A stretch of 64,000 bases of DNA, taken from NCBI GenBank assembly GCA_964573295.1, contig CAZNJE010000013.1:14099-78098 (forward strand). Direction: 5' to 3'. The number at the start of each line of letters is the position of its first letter. The first letter of the stretch is position 1. Shown one piece after another: positions 59,926 through 64,000 of this stretch. Below the pieces are notes generated by a model. That model was given only the letters and a program-made list of their open reading frames with translations, made no database searches and was not told the DNA's origin. A program made the translations under genes and the position numbers. Origin of the DNA: an uncultured bacterium. Its GTDB lineage: Bacteria > Eisenbacteria > RBG-16-71-46 > CAIMUX01 > WJJG01.

Positions 59926-60667
59926 TCAACTCAGCGGAATCACCACGTGGCTGCGCAGCGGGCAGCTCGCCATGACGTTCGGCGGGACCTCACCGAGCAG
60001 CAGGAGCATGTCCCCTCCCCCGGCGCCGGTGGGCTTGACCCTGAGCCCATGGCCGCGGGCCCAGGCGGCCACCTTCTCGTAGGCCGGGGGCACGTAGTCG
60101 ATCCTGGCGGCGGCCATGAGCGTCCTGATCCGCTCGAGATACTCGTCGAGTCGGTCCTTCCAGCCCGTGGCGCCGGGCACGCTGCGCAGCGTCTCGGCCA
60201 GCGCATCGCCGGCGGCACGACTGCCAGCGGTGGCCCGCGCGCTGGTAGCGAAGCGCGATCACCCCGACGCACTCGGCGGCCGATGACCCCAGGCCGAGTT
60301 TCAGGTCTCGGCCTTCCTCGTCGCGCCCCCGCAACTCCCACCGGTCGATGCAGGGATCGGGTAGCCCGTGTTCACGTTCAAACTCGGCGAGCTCGGGCAC
60401 CGGCTCGCGCAACGCCGCGGCGATGACCGGGGAACGCTCACCGGGGCCCTCCGCGGGCCTCCCGCCGCCGCCCCCATCTTCCGGCGGCGGGGTGGCAGCG
60501 GGGTCATCCACGTCACACTTCGGCGCCGGGCGCGGGTGGAGGGGCACCTCCTCCTGACGCCGCTCTTCCACATAGAGATAGCGCGGCACGGGACTGAGCA
60601 GCGACCATCCGCCGCGAAGCACGGCATACTCGCCGCAGATCATGACCTTGCCGGGAATGCGAATCAT
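59926..60667 (-). pseudogene. GHMP kinase (phosphomevalonate/mevalonate kinase-like) relic with internal deletion and frameshift
   Basis: PGKVMICGEYAVL and KLGLGSSAA in one frame; KPTGAGGGD C-terminus in another; the central substrate-binding block is absent. Confidence 0.8.
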
Positions 60668-60785
60668 GGGGTTCCTCCATCCTGTCGAGGCAACCTATCA
60701 CACGGCTCGGAAGCCGTCTTGCCCAGCAGCACCAGGCTGGCGTGAGAGACCGCGCCCCGGGTGGCCACCCCTGGGCTCTTCCTGC

Positions 60786-60840
60786 TTGCATCTTGTCAAA
60801 TCATTTGACAGAATATATGTCATCTTGTCAAATCATTGAC
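60786..60840 (+). promoter_or_regulatory. AT-rich promoter/operator with 17-bp direct repeat and palindrome
   Basis: CATCTTGTCAAATCATT at 60789 and 60821; TGTCAAA-TCA-TTTGACA at 60794-60810; SD AGGAGG follows. Confidence 0.65.
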
Positions 60841-60853
60841 TAGGAGGCACGGT

Positions 60854-62050
60854 TTGAATCCGCCTGAAGCAATAGAATTACATTCAATGGCCATGGAGAA
60901 GGTCTCCAGCTACGAGCGTCGGCGATTCCTCTTCGACGAGCTTCTCGAGCCACGTGGCAAGCATCACGTCGGCGTTCTGGGTCCCCGCGGGGCCGGCAAG
61001 ACGGTCATGCTCCTGCAGCTGGCATCGGCAACGGAGAATGCCATCTACTTGTCGCTTGATACCGTCGATCCGGACGCCGACGTCTTCGACCTCGTGCGCA
61101 CGCTTGCCGAGACCTATGGCTACCGGTCGTTCTTTCTCGATGAGGTGCACTATCACCCCGGCATCGAAGCCACGCTCAAGAAGATCTACGACTTCCTTCA
61201 AGTACGGCTGATTTTCACCAGCTCGATGGCGATATCGCTGCACCGATCCGCTCAGGATCTTTCGCGCCGGGTTCGCCTCGTGTCCCTCTATCCCTTCTCC
61301 TACCGCGAATCCCATGCCTTTCGCCACGGCGAGCTGCTTCCCCGTCTGTCGTTGCGCGACATCATCGAGCACCGCTGGCATGCGAATCACCTCCGGGCTT
61401 CGCATGGGTTCGACGAGTACATGCGGGGAGGCTTGATGCCCTTCTCGCTGGAGGAGCCAGACGTCCTCCCGCTTCTGGAGAACATCCTGGAGACGATCAT
61501 CTCCCGTGATGTCCCCAAGGTCGCACAGCTTCGCCTCGATGAACTCGAGCTCATGCGCAAGATGGTCCAGTTCATCGGCCGAGCCGGCATCGACGGCATC
61601 AACTACACGAGCCTGGCCCGGAATCTTTCGATCACGAAGTACAAGGCCGAGCAGTACGTGGATCTGCTGGAGATGGCCTTCGTCCTCCAGAGGATCTTCC
61701 CGGCGGGCACGAACGTCCTTCGTGAACCCAAGCTTCTCCTATGCCTGCCGTACCGGCTGCTGTACCGCGAGTGGACCGAAGCCCTCGGCGGCCTGCGCGA
61801 GGACTTCTGCGTGCAAGCCCTGCGGCAGGCGGAGGTCCCGGTCCACTACCTGAAGAGCACGCGGGGCCAGAAGACACCCGACTACCTCATCGAGCTGGAT
61901 GAGGAGACGTTGGTCGTCGAAGTGGGAGGCCGGGGGAAGGGCCGGGAGCAGTTCAAGGGCGTGACGCCGGACCGCAAGCTCATCATGACGCACAGCGATC
62001 GCACCGACGGGATCTACCGGCCCCTGCCGCTCCTCGGCTACCTGGTCTAG
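60854..62050 (+). CDS. AAA_14 ATPase (DUF4143-related)
   Basis: TTG start after AGGAGG; GPRGAGKT, FFLDEVH, FTSS, DLSRRV, PDYLI...VVEVGG. Confidence 0.85.
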   Translation: MNPPEAIELHSMAMEKVSSYERRRFLFDELLEPRGKHHVGVLGPRGAGKTVMLLQLASATENAIYLSLDTVDPDADVFDLVRTLAETYGYRSFFLDEVHYHPGIEATLKKIYDFLQVRLIFTSSMAISLHRSAQDLSRRVRLVSLYPFSYRESHAFRHGELLPRLSLRDIIEHRWHANHLRASHGFDEYMRGGLMPFSLEEPDVLPLLENILETIISRDVPKVAQLRLDELELMRKMVQFIGRAGIDGINYTSLARNLSITKYKAEQYVDLLEMAFVLQRIFPAGTNVLREPKLLLCLPYRLLYREWTEALGGLREDFCVQALRQAEVPVHYLKSTRGQKTPDYLIELDEETLVVEVGGRGKGREQFKGVTPDRKLIMTHSDRTDGIYRPLPLLGYLV

Positions 62051-62165
62051 ATCACCGGAGGAAGCTCCTTCGTCATTGACACCGCATGGATAACCCGCCC
62101 AAGGCACCCGCCCAGAAGGCGGCCGTCCACCAACCACTCGCATGCGCCGAACGGGTCCAACCACC

Positions 62166-63479
62166 TCACCTGACCACGGTCACCGCCTTGCTCTCGGACT
62201 CCCCAGGGGTCTCCAAGTGAATGTAGTAGATGCCCGATTCGACGGCGTGTCCCACATCGCTCCTGCCGTCCCACCGCATGGCGTGCTCACCAGGCAACAT
62301 CGTGCCCGTCCCAAGCGTCCTGACCTTGCGACCGAGCACGTCGTATACGCCAACATCGACGGCCGTGGCGGCCGGCAGCTCGAACCGGATCGCGGTATGG
62401 CCATGCAGAGGATTCGGCCGACAGGGAGCGAGGTGAAGCACTGTGGCTGCGGGGTCGGCTGAAGGGAGATCGCTGGTCGGGAAGCCGTCCCAGTAGGCGA
62501 CGTTGCTCACGGGAATGCCCCCGGCCTCGGAGAACCGCCCGCAGACATAGAACCGATCGGCCACCACCAGCACATCCTCGACGGGCATGTCGCCGGTGAC
62601 GACCAGGCCGTCACCCAGCGGTGACCACGTCTCAGTAGCTGGATCCCATGCGGCAATGTGGTTGGCGGGAACCCCGCCGGCCTCCGTGAACTCTCCGCCT
62701 ACGATGATCTGGTCATTGTATTCGGCCAGACAACTGACGTACCCGTTCAGCCCACTTCCAAGTGCGTGCCACGAGGCCCCGTCCAGACGTGCAATGCAGT
62801 TTGCAGGAACGTAGCTTGCCGCTGTGAACCAGCCTCCCACATAGAGGCTCCCTTGATGGCTGACCAGACTCCGAACAGCTGCATTCAGTCCACCATACGC
62901 ATTCTGCCACGTCGTGCCATTCCATATGGCCAGGTTGTCTATTTCGCCGGATCCAGATCCTGTTATATACCCTCCCGCATACAGGTCTCCATCATGTTTG
63001 CAAGCTGCCAACACCGCCCCGCCGTCCAGGCCAGCGCCTAGCTCATGGTATACAGCTCCGTCCCAGGCAACGATCAGGCCCGTCTGCGGGTTGCCCCAGA
63101 AATTCGCAAACCGTCCACCAATGATGAGTTCACCCTGACACGTCGTCAGGCAGTCCAGTCCGGGTTCAACCAACTCTTCCCCATACATGTCGATCCATCC
63201 ATCGCCATCCCAGGTTATGATGTACTTCGAGCGAATCATATCCCCCTGGCTAAACCCTCCAATCATGACCAGTTGATCGCCGTAGACCAGCATCCGGCGG
63301 ACACAACTCTCTTCCGGACTGTCACAAACAAGCCCATGACCCAGCTGCTGCCACTCCAGTATGCAATGTGATCCAGGTCGATTCCCCCAGCTGAAGTGAA
63401 GATGAATCGTCCCCGATTCATCGGCAACCAGCAGATCCAGATCTCCATCCGCATTCACATCTGCGATCATGGGCGTCAA
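62166..63479 (-). CDS. Galactose-oxidase-like repeat protein with FlgD-like C-terminal domain; N-terminus appears truncated
   Basis: Starts inside an FG-GAP repeat (IADVNADGDLDLLV) with no signal peptide; repeats 'W..LG.G..G.V..L.....LYVGG.F'; tail RPNP...WDGRSDVGHAVESGIYY. Confidence 0.65.
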   Translation of the reverse strand: MTPMIADVNADGDLDLLVADESGTIHLHFSWGNRPGSHCILEWQQLGHGLVCDSPEESCVRRMLVYGDQLVMIGGFSQGDMIRSKYIITWDGDGWIDMYGEELVEPGLDCLTTCQGELIIGGRFANFWGNPQTGLIVAWDGAVYHELGAGLDGGAVLAACKHDGDLYAGGYITGSGSGEIDNLAIWNGTTWQNAYGGLNAAVRSLVSHQGSLYVGGWFTAASYVPANCIARLDGASWHALGSGLNGYVSCLAEYNDQIIVGGEFTEAGGVPANHIAAWDPATETWSPLGDGLVVTGDMPVEDVLVVADRFYVCGRFSEAGGIPVSNVAYWDGFPTSDLPSADPAATVLHLAPCRPNPLHGHTAIRFELPAATAVDVGVYDVLGRKVRTLGTGTMLPGEHAMRWDGRSDVGHAVESGIYYIHLETPGESESKAVTVVR

Positions 63480-63525
63480 GGGAGTATCGGGGAACCGGCG
63501 TCTTCGACGTCCGCGCGTTCTCCCG

Positions 63526-64000
63526 TTACGACTCTAGCAATGTGCGCGGATCCGACGCGAAGAACTCCTGCAATGGCACCCCCCCGCTACCAATGATCAA
63601 ACTGCGCGCGCCGGGATGCCGTTCGCGAAATGCCCCCAACCCGGCCGCGGGTCGTGGGCGCCCGCTCTTGACCTCGAGAGCCCACAGCCGGTCTCCCGCC
63701 CGCACGACGAAGTCCACCTCGTGCTTGCGGTGGCGCCAATAGAAGACCTCGTAGGCCAGCCCTTGGAGATGGTTCAGCAGATGTGCTCCCACGGCATTCT
63801 CTACCCACCGTCCCCAGAGGTCCGTGTCCCGCCGGGCCTCATCGAGCGTGCGAAGGCTGGGCGCGGTGATCAGCGCGTTATTCCACAGCACCAGCTTGGG
63901 ACTGGACCCGCGGCTTCGGGCGCCCCCCGCTGAGTACTGCTCGAGACCGGAGATCAGGAAGGCCGTCTCCAGAAAGCGCAAGTAGTGCGCGAGCGTGGTC
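63526..64000 (-). CDS. AAA_14/DUF4143 ATPase, C-terminal part (5' end outside the window)
   Basis: SSPKLVLWNNAL, GRWVENAVGAHL, FYWRHRKHEVDFVV...ALEVKSG. Confidence 0.85.
   Translation of the reverse strand, partial: TTLAHYLRFLETAFLISGLEQYSAGGARSRGSSPKLVLWNNALITAPSLRTLDEARRDTDLWGRWVENAVGAHLLNHLQGLAYEVFYWRHRKHEVDFVVRAGDRLWALEVKSGRPRPAAGLGAFRERHPGARSLIIGSGGVPLQEFFASDPRTLLES

Overview
GC-rich bacterial chromosome segment. No rRNA, tRNA, CRISPR array, integrase or transposase was recognised. Five proteins end in FlgD-Ig/T9SS-like C-terminal domains, which suggests (inference) an FCB-group candidate phylum such as Eisenbacteria or Krumholzibacteria. The left and middle parts carry metabolic and envelope genes: class II FBP aldolase, a double GT4 glycosyltransferase, a methyltransferase, a sulfatase-like protein, purF, a CDF transporter, an M16 peptidase pair, alkaline phosphatase, a CzcBA-like RND pair, Tex, saccharopine dehydrogenase, a K+ channel, a TolC-MFP-RND pump and an RRM protein. 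The best candidate for an undescribed system is a translationally coupled four-gene operon at 18365-23611 (-). It encodes a CDF transmembrane domain fused to an HflK/SPFH domain, then HflC, a second HflK, and a GH13 alpha-amylase-fold lipoprotein that lacks two of its three catalytic residues. Other notable signals: (1) four 'accordion' pseudogenes that keep both ends but have lost internal blocks (DmpA, serine hydrolase, hybrid kinase, phosphomevalonate kinase-like), plus a frameshifted LVIVD relic; (2) many short tandem micro-duplications; (3) a rod-shaped candidate ncRNA directly behind a promoter-like motif at 35158-35300; (4) an accessory or defence-like region at 49-64 kb with three nucleotidyltransferase/partner pairs and three AAA_14-DUF4143 ATPases, with palindromic operator-like sites and leaderless-type promoters. 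All family calls come from motif recognition by eye; no database search was run.
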